Assembly: GCA_028708605.1 (NCBI GenBank)
Contig: JAQVYS010000004.1
Span: 1-63,405, forward strand
Source: Bacillota bacterium
GTDB lineage: Bacteria; Bacillota; DTU065
Direction of reading: 5' to 3'
DNA length: 63,405 nt
Numbering within the stretch: the stretch's first letter is position 1; the number at the start of each line of letters is the position of its first letter. Positions 29,395 through 37,915 of the stretch are shown piece after piece. The notes below the pieces were generated by a model, which ran no database searches, was not told the DNA's origin, and saw only the letters and a program-made list of their open reading frames with translations. The position numbers and the translations under genes are program-made.

Positions 29395-30390
29395 TTATAA
29401 TTTTTCAATATAAGGAATCAGATAATTATTTATAAGTTCCATTCTCGGTTTTGGATTATACACCAACGAACAAGTCATACAAATAACGGTATCAATCTCT
29501 GGTATAACCGTCACTAAGGAGCCACCTACACCATTCATACAATAAGAATCATACTTTCCTGTACTATATTCTTTTCGTATTATTTTTATTGTACTATTTT
29601 TCTTATAAATCCACCATAAATATCCGTAGCTTTCTTCTCGCTCCGTTAGCATCTCGCGAATATATTGCTCTGAAAGGATTCTTTTACCATTATATAAACC
29701 ATTATTTAACACTAACACGCCAATCTTTGCAAAGTCATCTGTTGTAAGCGAAAACCCCCATCCAGTCGTATAATATCCGCTTGGGTCTTTTACCCAACCA
29801 CGATTATCTCTCGCTTTATAAAATGCTTCTTGCGATGCTCTGTCATAAACATTCGCATTCGGTACATCCAAAATCCCCAATGGTTCAAATAAATTTTTTG
29901 TTGCAAACTCTTTCAAACTCATATTTGTAGCCTTTGCTAAAACATTCGATAATACTTGAATTCCAAGTGTTGAGTAGTGGAAGTTTTCTCCAATCTGTTC
30001 CTTTCCACCAACCTGCTCTAAAACCTTGCCACCCCAATCTTCGCTAGTACACACCTTAGTCCACGGTTCACTTTTGAACTTATACGGAACAGTCATTGTA
30101 AGGAAATTCTCAATCGTTACTTCTTTCAACTGTTCTTGATTTCTCTTTAACTTATACTCAGGGAAAAAATCAATTACTTTTTGATGTACACCCTCTAAAT
30201 ATCCTTTATCAATCGCAATCCCCACAAGTATTGCCACAACACTTTTCACTATTGAAAAGGTATGTACTGATTCATTCTCATGTGCACCTTTAAAATACTC
30301 TTCAATGACCTTTTCACCATTTTTATATGCGATAATACCAAGTGTATTCGCATATTCTTTTCCTACAACTTCTCTTATTTTTTCCATCAT
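29395..30390 (-). CDS. beta-lactamase-family serine hydrolase (class C / PBP-like fold), cargo gene
   Basis: 331 aa: SxxK in HTFSIVKSV, a Y-S-T (YxN-like) motif in HYSTLGIQVLSN, and C-terminal NGVGGSLVTVIPE. Much more A+T-rich than the neighbouring element genes. Confidence 0.7.
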   Translation of the reverse strand: MMEKIREVVGKEYANTLGIIAYKNGEKVIEEYFKGAHENESVHTFSIVKSVVAILVGIAIDKGYLEGVHQKVIDFFPEYKLKRNQEQLKEVTIENFLTMTVPYKFKSEPWTKVCTSEDWGGKVLEQVGGKEQIGENFHYSTLGIQVLSNVLAKATNMSLKEFATKNLFEPLGILDVPNANVYDRASQEAFYKARDNRGWVKDPSGYYTTGWGFSLTTDDFAKIGVLVLNNGLYNGKRILSEQYIREMLTEREESYGYLWWIYKKNSTIKIIRKEYSTGKYDSYCMNGVGGSLVTVIPEIDTVICMTCSLVYNPKPRMELINNYLIPYIEKL

Positions 30391-30482
30391 CTTACACCTC
30401 GTATATTCTTAAGATTTGGACGTCCATATAAAAGCCTAATTTAATTAGAAATTTATTTCAATAGTTTTTTATAAGTTTTTAT

Positions 30483-30517
30483 AAAAAAAGATATCTAAGT
30501 TAATAGACATCTTTTTT
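30483..30517 (-). terminator. bidirectional hairpin separating the small ORF from the cargo module
   Basis: AAAAAAAGATATCTA-agttaa-TAGACATCTTTTTT. Confidence 0.5.
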
Positions 30518-30589
30518 CACAACATAAAATTCAAATTTTCGCTCTCCTTGTAGCAAATCGATTATATCACAGAACATACATTTTCTCAA

Positions 30590-30871
30590 CTAACTATCCC
30601 TTGAATTGTATCGTGTCATTTGCTCTCTTTTATGCTCCCTGCATTCATCACTTAACCTTCTCGGCTTGCGATAACTAATGTGTGATTTTGGCATGGAATA
30701 TGTCTTATCAATATCAGTTTCACTAACAAGCCTATACACATCAGGGAACTCAATAACTAACGCATCAATTCGCCTCATAACAGCCTTATCTCTGGTGTAA
30801 ACAATGGCTGTCTGCTCCCCTGCATTGAAATTGATAACAGTTTCCTGCTCGTACTTGGATAAACTGCCCAT
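30590..30871 (-). CDS. hypothetical small protein of the IME (position equivalent to tnpV)
   Basis: 93 aa with a good RBS (AAAGGAGTG). No motif recognised. Confidence 0.45.
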   Translation of the reverse strand: MGSLSKYEQETVINFNAGEQTAIVYTRDKAVMRRIDALVIEFPDVYRLVSETDIDKTYSMPKSHISYRKPRRLSDECREHKREQMTRYNSRDS

Positions 30872-30961
30872 GAAATCACTCCTTTCTACTAGGCTCGTAC
30901 TTTTTACGACTCTTGACTCGTACTTTTGACGGGCAAATAATAAAGCCTGCCTACGGCAGGC

Positions 30962-31106
30962 GGATAGGATGGGATAGGATAAGATAGAGATGGTATATCT
31001 CTTTTTTATCTTTTTATTTTATTCTTTTCTTTGGTTCTTTCTTTTCTGCTTTTCTTTTTCTCTTTTTTCTCTAGGAAGAGAAAGAGAAGGAAGGGGAAGG
31101 GAAGGT
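30962..31106. repeat. GATAG pentamer-rich block plus a ~75-nt polypyrimidine tract plus a complementary polypurine block
   Basis: ggataggatgggataggataagatagagatgg, then tctcttttttatctttttattttattcttttctttggttctttcttttctgcttttctttttctcttttttctct, then aggaagagaaagagaaggaaggggaagggaagg. Confidence 0.7.
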
Positions 31107-31296
31107 TACACCGGTCATACCAACAGAAAAGACATCCGCAACACACAGTTCCAACTGTCCGTTTTGAATGCCCTTTTTTGCTGATTTCATACGATAACTA
31201 CCGCACCAAATCATTCCCCTATTCTCTTGATGATAATTTCCCGGGCTGCCCTATTTCAGCTCCCATCCATACAATAATTATCGTGTAGCATTTAAG

Positions 31297-33324
31297 CTAT
31301 GACACTTTTCTCTTTGCTCTGCGCTTTGCTTTCTCACGCTCACTTGCCACTTGCTTTTTATGCTCAATTCTTCGGTCATATTCCGTCAATAGTTCCACTG
31401 CCCGACTGTCCCCCTGCTCTGCCAGTGCCTTTGTAGCCTTATATTTCTCCTGCTCCCTGCGATAACGATCCTTGAAGTATGCCTTGCTCTGCTCCCGCTT
31501 TTTCTCTTCATTCCTACAATACTCTTCATATTCTGCAATCGCTTTAGGGTCACCGGCTTCTGCATCTGCCTTAAGCTGTGCCAGTCTCTTGGCTTTATTT
31601 TCCTTGTACCGTTTCACGGTTTCTGCCCTTTTTTCTGCTCTTATTCTGTCCTTTTCCGCTTTCTTAACAGCCTGCTCCTTTGCTTCTGCTTTCAGCTCTG
31701 CTGTGCTGTATGGCGGTATAAATTGCCCGATAAAATTAAAATAAATCTCAATCTTCTGCTTTCGCCCGAACCCTCTCACACCATTTGACTCATGGACTAC
31801 AATTTTATCAATAAACTCATGTATCATGGTCGGTGTGAGTTCCTCAAAATCTGCATATTTCTTTGCTAATGCAATAAAGGAGTCCATGGCACTCTTCGGT
31901 GTCTGTTCCTCTTCATCCGGCACAAGTTCCTCTACCATTGCTTCCAGTTCTCCGTACTCGTCCTCATACTGGTTCATAAGTCGCTGATACTGTCTGTCCG
32001 ATATTTTTTCCAGTGCATAGGTTTCATACAGCTTGCCTATCAAAATATCAAGCTCCTTCATCCTTGCCTCTGCATTTGCGATAACTTCCGCATTTTTGGA
32101 AGTATCAACTTCCTGCCTTACTGCTAACTCGGCAAGTATCTGTTCCCTAAATTCTTTCTCGTTAGTTATCGTGTATTTACTGACTCTTTGAATGGATTTT
32201 TTTATCAGTTCCAATATGTCCGAACGCTTGATAAAGTGCATGGTGCAATCACTGGTAATCTGCCGATATTGGCTACAACAATAGGCTTGGTCGCTTTCAT
32301 ATCTTTCTCTGGTGCCGGAATTATAATTTCTTCTGATGAGCTTTGCTCCACAATCCGCACAATAGAGAAGTCCGGTAAGATTGAGTGGGTCTGCGCTGTA
32401 TGGTGTCTTTTTCCGGTATGCCTTTACCTTGTTGGCAATTTTCCATGTTTCCTCGTCAACAATTGCCTCATGCGTATTCTTGAAAATAATCTTGTCCTCA
32501 TCCGCAACTTTAACACGCTTCTTCGACTTGTAGGATAATCCCTTGGACTTTTTCAAAACTGTATGTCCTAAATACTCCTGCCGATGAATGATATATCCCA
32601 ATGTTGTGGAGTTCCATCTGTAAGGGTCATCCATTGGCTTGTGCCTGCAATCTTCGGGATAATGCAGTCTGTTGTATTCTGTCGGGCACAAGACCTTTTC
32701 CTCACTGAAAATCTTAGCAATCTCTGCATAGGAATATCCCTTAACCACCATATCAAAAATTCGCCTTACCACCTTTGCTGACTCTTCATCCACATAAAGG
32801 GTCTGCTTATCATCCGGCTTACGATAATAACCGTATGGAATTGCACCACTGCACCTAAGACCGCTCTCCATCCGGCTTGCAAATACTGCATTTATTTTTC
32901 TACTGGCATCTCTTGCATACCACTCATTCATAATGTTCAGAAATGGAGTGAAATCACTGTCCGTCTGATTGGCACTATCAATGTTGTTATTGATAGCAAT
33001 GAAACGCACTCCCTTTTCCACGAACATAATCTCTGTATAGTAACCGACTTTCAGATAATCTCGTCCAAAACGGCTCATGTCCTTTACAATGATTGTCGAT
33101 ATATTTCCTTCCATAACCTCTTCAATCATTGCCTTAAAGCCTTTTCTTTCAAAGGTTGTACCGCTGATACCGTCATCCGTAAAGTGTCGGAAATTGTCAA
33201 ATCCATGCTTCTTAGCGTAATCTTCCAAAAGTCGCTTTTGGTTTGTAATACTGTTGCTTTCGCCCTGCAATTCGTCATCTCTGGAGAGGCGCTCATACAG
33301 GGCTGTGTACTGATGTTTACTCAT
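31297..33324 (-). CDS. large serine recombinase (TnpX-like)
   Basis: Start at ATG 33324, 6 nt after GGAGG. MSKHQYTALYERLSRDDELQGESNSITNQK... (catalytic Ser in YERLSRDD), DMSRFGRDY, a recombinase plus zinc-ribbon region, and a long Lys/Glu-rich C-terminal tail. Confidence 0.9.
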   Translation of the reverse strand: MSKHQYTALYERLSRDDELQGESNSITNQKRLLEDYAKKHGFDNFRHFTDDGISGTTFERKGFKAMIEEVMEGNISTIIVKDMSRFGRDYLKVGYYTEIMFVEKGVRFIAINNNIDSANQTDSDFTPFLNIMNEWYARDASRKINAVFASRMESGLRCSGAIPYGYYRKPDDKQTLYVDEESAKVVRRIFDMVVKGYSYAEIAKIFSEEKVLCPTEYNRLHYPEDCRHKPMDDPYRWNSTTLGYIIHRQEYLGHTVLKKSKGLSYKSKKRVKVADEDKIIFKNTHEAIVDEETWKIANKVKAYRKKTPYSADPLNLTGLLYCADCGAKLIRRNYNSGTRERYESDQAYCCSQYRQITSDCTMHFIKRSDILELIKKSIQRVSKYTITNEKEFREQILAELAVRQEVDTSKNAEVIANAEARMKELDILIGKLYETYALEKISDRQYQRLMNQYEDEYGELEAMVEELVPDEEEQTPKSAMDSFIALAKKYADFEELTPTMIHEFIDKIVVHESNGVRGFGRKQKIEIYFNFIGQFIPPYSTAELKAEAKEQAVKKAEKDRIRAEKRAETVKRYKENKAKRLAQLKADAEAGDPKAIAEYEEYCRNEEKKREQSKAYFKDRYRREQEKYKATKALAEQGDSRAVELLTEYDRRIEHKKQVASEREKAKRRAKRKVS

Positions 33325-33382
33325 GTTTTGCCTCCATTTTTTCAAAATGACTATTTTACTGTCCTATTCAAATTTAACCGTT

Positions 33383-34232
33383 CGTCTGTTTCTTTTAGTA
33401 ATGACTTTATATCCGCTATCTTGAAGTAGTTTACCCACCCCATAATATAACGTCTGAGTCTCAGTATTCTCTCTTTATTGCTCATTCCGTTACTCCTAAA
33501 AGTAAGGTCCTTGATTTTGCTTCTCATTTTAGCAGTTGATTTAGGATGTATCCTAACTCGTGTTGCACCTTTTCTCTTGAGCAATTGCTTGTTGCACTAC
33601 TCTGTCTACCACTGTAGGTATTCCTAACTTCCTCTTTTTCCCGTTTTCTTTGGGTATCTCTGTCCGTCTAACAGGATTAGGTTTCTACTTACCGTTCAAA
33701 ATACTTTCTTTAATACTTTTAAGATTCTTTTCGAGATACTTTCTGAGTTCATCGACTCCCATTCCGTCTACGCCTGGTGCTCCTTTGTTGGATTTCACCT
33801 TATGGAAGGCTTGATTGAAATTCTGGATGTCTATGACTTTCTCAAGTAGGTTCTCGGTTAGCCCCTCCTCGATTAACTCGAGTACTATGGCACCTGCTGA
33901 CTTCTCATGGCAAATCTTGTTTCAACCGTAGCTCGAAATATATCTCCTCGCGTCCATGAGACCTCCCATGGTAAGACGATTCACTTTCACCCCATGTACC
34001 CACATCATCTACATTCGTATGTCCGTGTAGTTAATTGGACTTCGTTTTGTTTAGCAAACTCATCCCATATCCACTGCCTAATGATGTTCGTGTTCCTTGG
34101 GTCAGGGTTTTACCTCCAACTTCCTTCAGATTCCACCTCGCAATAATCACCCTTGCTCTTGGCTAATGGTTGGTAACTACAAACCCCCATAGTGGACTTT
34201 CACCACCTAGTTAATCGACATGCATGGCGCAC
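33383..34232 (-). mobile_element. group II intron, 5' segment (5' GUGCGCC end, domains I-IV, decayed RT ORF)
   Basis: Minus strand begins GTGCGCCATGCATG at 34232. The RT ORF reads ...NFNQAFHKVKSNKGAPGVDGM...ILNGK*KPNPVRRTEIPKENGKKRKLGIPTVVDRVVQQAIAQ, then jumps directly to ...RVRIHPKSTAKMRSKIKDLTFRSNG...GWVNYFKIADIKSLLKETDE. So there is an in-frame TAG and no YADD palm region. Confidence 0.8.
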
Positions 34233-34233
34233 T

Positions 34234-34263
34234 AAAAAAAAGCCCCGAGATAATTCTCGGGGC
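34234..34263 (-). terminator. intrinsic terminator of the GH18-like gene (group II intron homing site)
   Basis: Minus strand reads GCCCCGAGA-atta-TCTCGGGGC plus TTTTTTTT, then A, then the intron 5' GTGCGCC. Confidence 0.85.
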
Positions 34264-34281
34264 TTTTCAAAAGCACCAAAT

Positions 34282-35205
34282 CTATAGACAGTCCCAAATA
34301 CTCCTATCTTCCTGGCCTAAACGCCAAAAGGCGATTCCAGCAAGTCCTTCTGCGATCCTAATTTTCTTTAGCAAGGTGTCTTTGTTCTCAAAATAGATCT
34401 GCTCGATCGAGCCATCTGCAAATTCTACCTTAATATACATACAACCAGATTCGTGAAGCACTGGGCTTTCCTGCCACTTGTAAGCAAACTCCATTGACTC
34501 ATCATAAGTTACCCCTCTACCTATAGAGTGAACTCCAAATGGGTCAGTGACCCAGTGACGCCCATATAGAGGAAGACCTAAAACAATCTTCTGGCTAGGC
34601 ACAATGCTAGTAGCATATTTCTTTACATCCTCAAGCCAGAAATTTGGTGAAACCGGTCCAGGAGGGCTATTTGTATGAGAGTAATCATAGCCCATTAAAA
34701 CAAGATAATCGATTACAGGTCCTAGAGCCCTGTAATCAAAGGGGTAACCCCACGTATGCTGGGGCGTCGGATCCTGATCTAGGGCAATAACATCAACAGA
34801 GATCTCTCTGTCATTTTCGTGGAGCATTTCAGCTAGAAGGCAAATAAACTCGCTGAACTCATTTCGATAATCACCAAATGGCCCTTCAAAATCTACATTA
34901 AGCCCAGGATAATTGTCTTTTAAGACTTTTGCAGTCAAAATCTCTGCAGTCTTTTTTCTGCTAGCATGCGTTTTTAGTAGCCTAGCTGCAATCCCTGCAT
35001 CAAACCCCTTGTTTGCTACTAAAGGAAATACCTTAAAACCCATTTCCAGCATTTTATCAACGTTTGGATCTTTTGTTTCTATGAGGCTAAAGTCTCCATC
35101 TAAAGTAAGGATTGTCGGGCTCACCCTATCAAGGCACTTTCTGGCAATCTCTAAAGAACCAAAACTACTCTGATTGTTCGGCACCATCCAAGGTAGAATC
35201 AGCAT
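34282..35205 (-). CDS. glycoside hydrolase family 18-like protein (YaaH/YdhD-type), no signal peptide
   Basis: 307 aa. YPGLNVDFEG resembles the GH18 DxxDxDxE catalytic strip. Overlaps the upstream ORF by 41 nt. Confidence 0.5.
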   Translation of the reverse strand: MLILPWMVPNNQSSFGSLEIARKCLDRVSPTILTLDGDFSLIETKDPNVDKMLEMGFKVFPLVANKGFDAGIAARLLKTHASRKKTAEILTAKVLKDNYPGLNVDFEGPFGDYRNEFSEFICLLAEMLHENDREISVDVIALDQDPTPQHTWGYPFDYRALGPVIDYLVLMGYDYSHTNSPPGPVSPNFWLEDVKKYATSIVPSQKIVLGLPLYGRHWVTDPFGVHSIGRGVTYDESMEFAYKWQESPVLHESGCMYIKVEFADGSIEQIYFENKDTLLKKIRIAEGLAGIAFWRLGQEDRSIWDCL

Positions 35206-36196
35206 TAATCCTGGCCTCCTCTATGCTAAAGTAATAGGAAAGCGGTAGATTCTCACCCACATAAAACTCAATCTTGTATTCACCCTGTGGCCAGCTGCGA
35301 TTTGCTCCTAACGAAAGTGTCAACTCTACAAGATTGTTTAACTCATCTAATATCACAGTTTGACTGCCAACTAACCAAGCCTTTTCATTATGCAAATAGT
35401 AACAACGAACAGAAACAGTTTCAGGAAGAAACAGTCTCTCCCAGTTCTGTGGAGTAGTAACACTTCCAGCTAAATTGGCTCTACTTTCTAATCTTCCGTC
35501 TACATTAAAGCGAACAAGAATATCGCTGGTTTTTGCTTCAATATTTGTATAGCCGTCTAAGATGGCATGAGGCGCAGGATCTATAATAGAAATATCCGTT
35601 AGATCCCAGTTAGCCACTAGGCCAAGATGCTCAAAAAGCTTCATTTTTTCTTGCTGCATAGTGCGAAGAGGCTCTGGCTCGGCAATTTCTACTGCTGTGC
35701 CATAGATCTCTACCTCTTCAACTATAATATTTTCTACAACAGGCGAATTAGTACTAAGCTCTAGCAAAACATACTTTGCTAGTCTCGGTTCAAAAACATT
35801 TCCCAGCGCTCCTGAATACGCTAGTCTTAAAGTTCCTGCATCTAAAAAAGGGCCTTCAGCTTTCTCTGCTGTTTGAACTTTGATCTCAAATGCCTGCCCG
35901 TCTCGCCACATTGGTACCTTTGCTGTTACAACCACTTCATCAATTCTATTTAAACTTTTCCCACCGAGTTCTACAAGAATTCTGGCTTTTTGTTCCGGTC
36001 CAAAGGTAAATACCACACCTCCTGTACCGCTAACGCCATCTAAGATGGTATGAAGCGCTATAGTATCTTTTAAAGGCTCACTAGTTATTACGGTGCCACC
36101 TTCTACTACAGAGGCTAGATTAACATTATCTTGTGCTGTTGAATAAAGAGATAGGACCAAAATAAGGATGAGTAGTACAGTAAATTTATGCTTCAT
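35165..36196 (-). CDS. secreted protein with a putative carbohydrate-binding (discoidin-like) N-terminal domain
   Basis: 343 aa with signal peptide MKHKFTVLLILILVLSLYSTA/QD. Beta-rich and has no catalytic motif. Confidence 0.45.
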   Translation of the reverse strand: MKHKFTVLLILILVLSLYSTAQDNVNLASVVEGGTVITSEPLKDTIALHTILDGVSGTGGVVFTFGPEQKARILVELGGKSLNRIDEVVVTAKVPMWRDGQAFEIKVQTAEKAEGPFLDAGTLRLAYSGALGNVFEPRLAKYVLLELSTNSPVVENIIVEEVEIYGTAVEIAEPEPLRTMQQEKMKLFEHLGLVANWDLTDISIIDPAPHAILDGYTNIEAKTSDILVRFNVDGRLESRANLAGSVTTPQNWERLFLPETVSVRCYYLHNEKAWLVGSQTVILDELNNLVELTLSLGANRSWPQGEYKIEFYVGENLPLSYYFSIEEARINADSTLDGAEQSE

Positions 36197-36705
36197 TTTC
36201 TTTCCTCCAATTCATTAAATAAAAATATCTCCTCTTATATTTTATTGTACATAAACTGTTCTTTCCTGCTTTAGTTAATAAGTAATTATTAGACTTTCCC
36301 TTCTTTCTAGAGTTGAATTATCTAGACTAAAGGATTAAGCTGAGAGTGAGGAGAAGCGCTAGAGCTTCTTTTGTATAATATTTAGAGGTAAGACCAAAAT
36401 TTACTAGAAATAGACATTTAGCTGCCTATTTAGGTTAAGGTTTTTGTTTCTAAAAAGAATAGCCAAGCATCATAGGATTTTCCCTTCATACAGAGAAATC
36501 AGAAAGCAAGCTAGAGGGTTTTTAAGTAAAATAAAAGGGCAAAATAAGATAAACACCTTAAGTAAAGCACCTTTTAATTCTCTTTTGTAAAGACGGTTTC
36601 CTTTTTACAATCTTTAAAGAGTAGCACTTAGAGGATCTAGCACTGACTTAAAAACTCGCTTTTTAAAAAACTATAAAACAAATAACAGTAGTGGGAGGAG
36701 TTTTT

Positions 36706-37560
36706 GTGGAACGCATTTTTTATGTTAATGGTAAATATCTTCCTGCAAGCCAAGCAGTTGTCTCTGCTGAAGATAGAGGGTTTAATTTTGGAGATGGCGT
36801 CTATGAAGTAGTTCACTGGTATAACTACCAGCCTTTTTTACTGGAAGAGCATGTTGAAAGGCTAATTCAAAGCGCAAGTGTAATCAAAATAGACCTACCG
36901 TGGTCAAAAGAAGAGTTAATTGATATTGCAATCGAAACTGCTAAACAAAACAACTTAAAAGACGATTATATCTACATGCAAATCTCTAGAGGCGCTGCTA
37001 TTAGACAGCATTCCTTCCCAGACAGTACCCAGCCGACTTTAGTAATGAATTCGCAGCCTTCAGCAAAACCAGCCAAAGAGATTATCCAGAAAGGTGCTAG
37101 AGTTATCACAATTCCTGATATAAGGTGGCTTCACTGTGACATTAAAGCCTTAAGTGCACTTGCCAATGTTCTTGCTAAACAAGCAGCTAAGGAACACAGT
37201 GTTGATGATGTTCTCTACGACCGCGCAGGCGTTGGCGTTGTAGAAGGTGGATCTAGCAACATCTTCTACTACAAAGAAGGTAAGCTTTATACGCCTCCTC
37301 TTTCTCCATATATCTTCCCTGGTATCACTAGAGCGAAGGTAATTGAGGTTGCTAAAGAGTGTAATATCCCCTTAGAAGAAAAGGTCTTTAGTTTAAAAGA
37401 AGTCCTAGATGCTGACGAAGTAATGCTTGCAAGTACTGGATATGAGGTTTTAAGTGTCACTGAAGTAAACGGCCAGAAGATCGGTAGAGGTGTCCCAGGA
37501 GATATCTCCAAAGAGCTTCTGCAAACCTACACGAAGCATGTAAAAGAGGCTTGCTACTAA
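36706..37560 (+). CDS. class IV aminotransferase, D-amino-acid transaminase-like
   Basis: GTG 36706 follows GGGAGGAG. SAEDRGFNFGDGVYEV; fold-type IV pattern. Confidence 0.7.
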   Translation: MERIFYVNGKYLPASQAVVSAEDRGFNFGDGVYEVVHWYNYQPFLLEEHVERLIQSASVIKIDLPWSKEELIDIAIETAKQNNLKDDYIYMQISRGAAIRQHSFPDSTQPTLVMNSQPSAKPAKEIIQKGARVITIPDIRWLHCDIKALSALANVLAKQAAKEHSVDDVLYDRAGVGVVEGGSSNIFYYKEGKLYTPPLSPYIFPGITRAKVIEVAKECNIPLEEKVFSLKEVLDADEVMLASTGYEVLSVTEVNGQKIGRGVPGDISKELLQTYTKHVKEACY

Positions 37561-37610
37561 GTTTCCATTGCATTTTTCGTTCAATAAGATTAATATATTC
37601 TTTAGAACTA

Positions 37611-37642
37611 AAAGGGGCCTATCTAGATGCCCCTTCCTTTAT
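37611..37642 (+). terminator. probable terminator
   Basis: AAGGGGC-ctatctagat-GCCCCTT followed by cctttatt. Confidence 0.5.
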
Positions 37643-37675
37643 TCAATAATTTAAGCAATATTTGGAGGTGTCTTT

Positions 37676-37876
37676 ATGCCCACATATGTCTACAAATGTC
37701 CTAAGTGCGGTAAATTCGATTTTTACCAAAATATTAATGATAAACCTCTTGTAAATTGTCCGAAGTGTGATTCTGAAGTTAAAAAATTGATCTCTGGTGG
37801 AGCAGGTGTTATTTATAAAACAGATGGTTTTTATATCACAGACAGCAAAAAAAACAAAGACACTGCAGCATCATAA
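37676..37876 (+). CDS. FmdB-family zinc-ribbon protein
   Basis: 66 aa: YVYKCPKCGKFD...CPKCDS (CxxC...CxxC). Confidence 0.8.
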   Translation: MPTYVYKCPKCGKFDFYQNINDKPLVNCPKCDSEVKKLISGGAGVIYKTDGFYITDSKKNKDTAAS

Positions 37877-37904
37877 AAAGAGGAGTTGATCAACTCCTCT
37901 TTTT
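37876..37904. terminator. bidirectional terminator between convergent genes
   Basis: AAAAGAGGAGTTG-at-CAACTCCTCTTTTT. Confidence 0.8.
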
Positions 37905-37915
37905 AGCGTTTATAT

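Larger units (their letters stand above)
26816..33382 (-). mobile_element. Tn4451/Tn4453-like integrative mobilizable element (~6.57 kb)
   Basis: Removing it, keeping one AA, rejoins the intron ORF in frame: ...LLKETDE | WIRRRIRM... Junctions are gacgAA|cggt (33382/33380) and ccca|AAtgg (26818/26815). Contents: large serine recombinase, small ORF, serine-hydrolase cargo, coiled-coil ORF, MobA/MobL relaxase, TnpW-like ORF. The recombinase and relaxase segments are visibly more G+C-rich than the flanks. Confidence 0.85.

Noticed and set aside
30990-31288. Track ORFs 30990..31184 and 31031..31288 (+).
   Set aside because: They are translations of the polypyrimidine/polypurine tract (FLFF..., RKRKRRKGKG), which is a low-complexity artefact.
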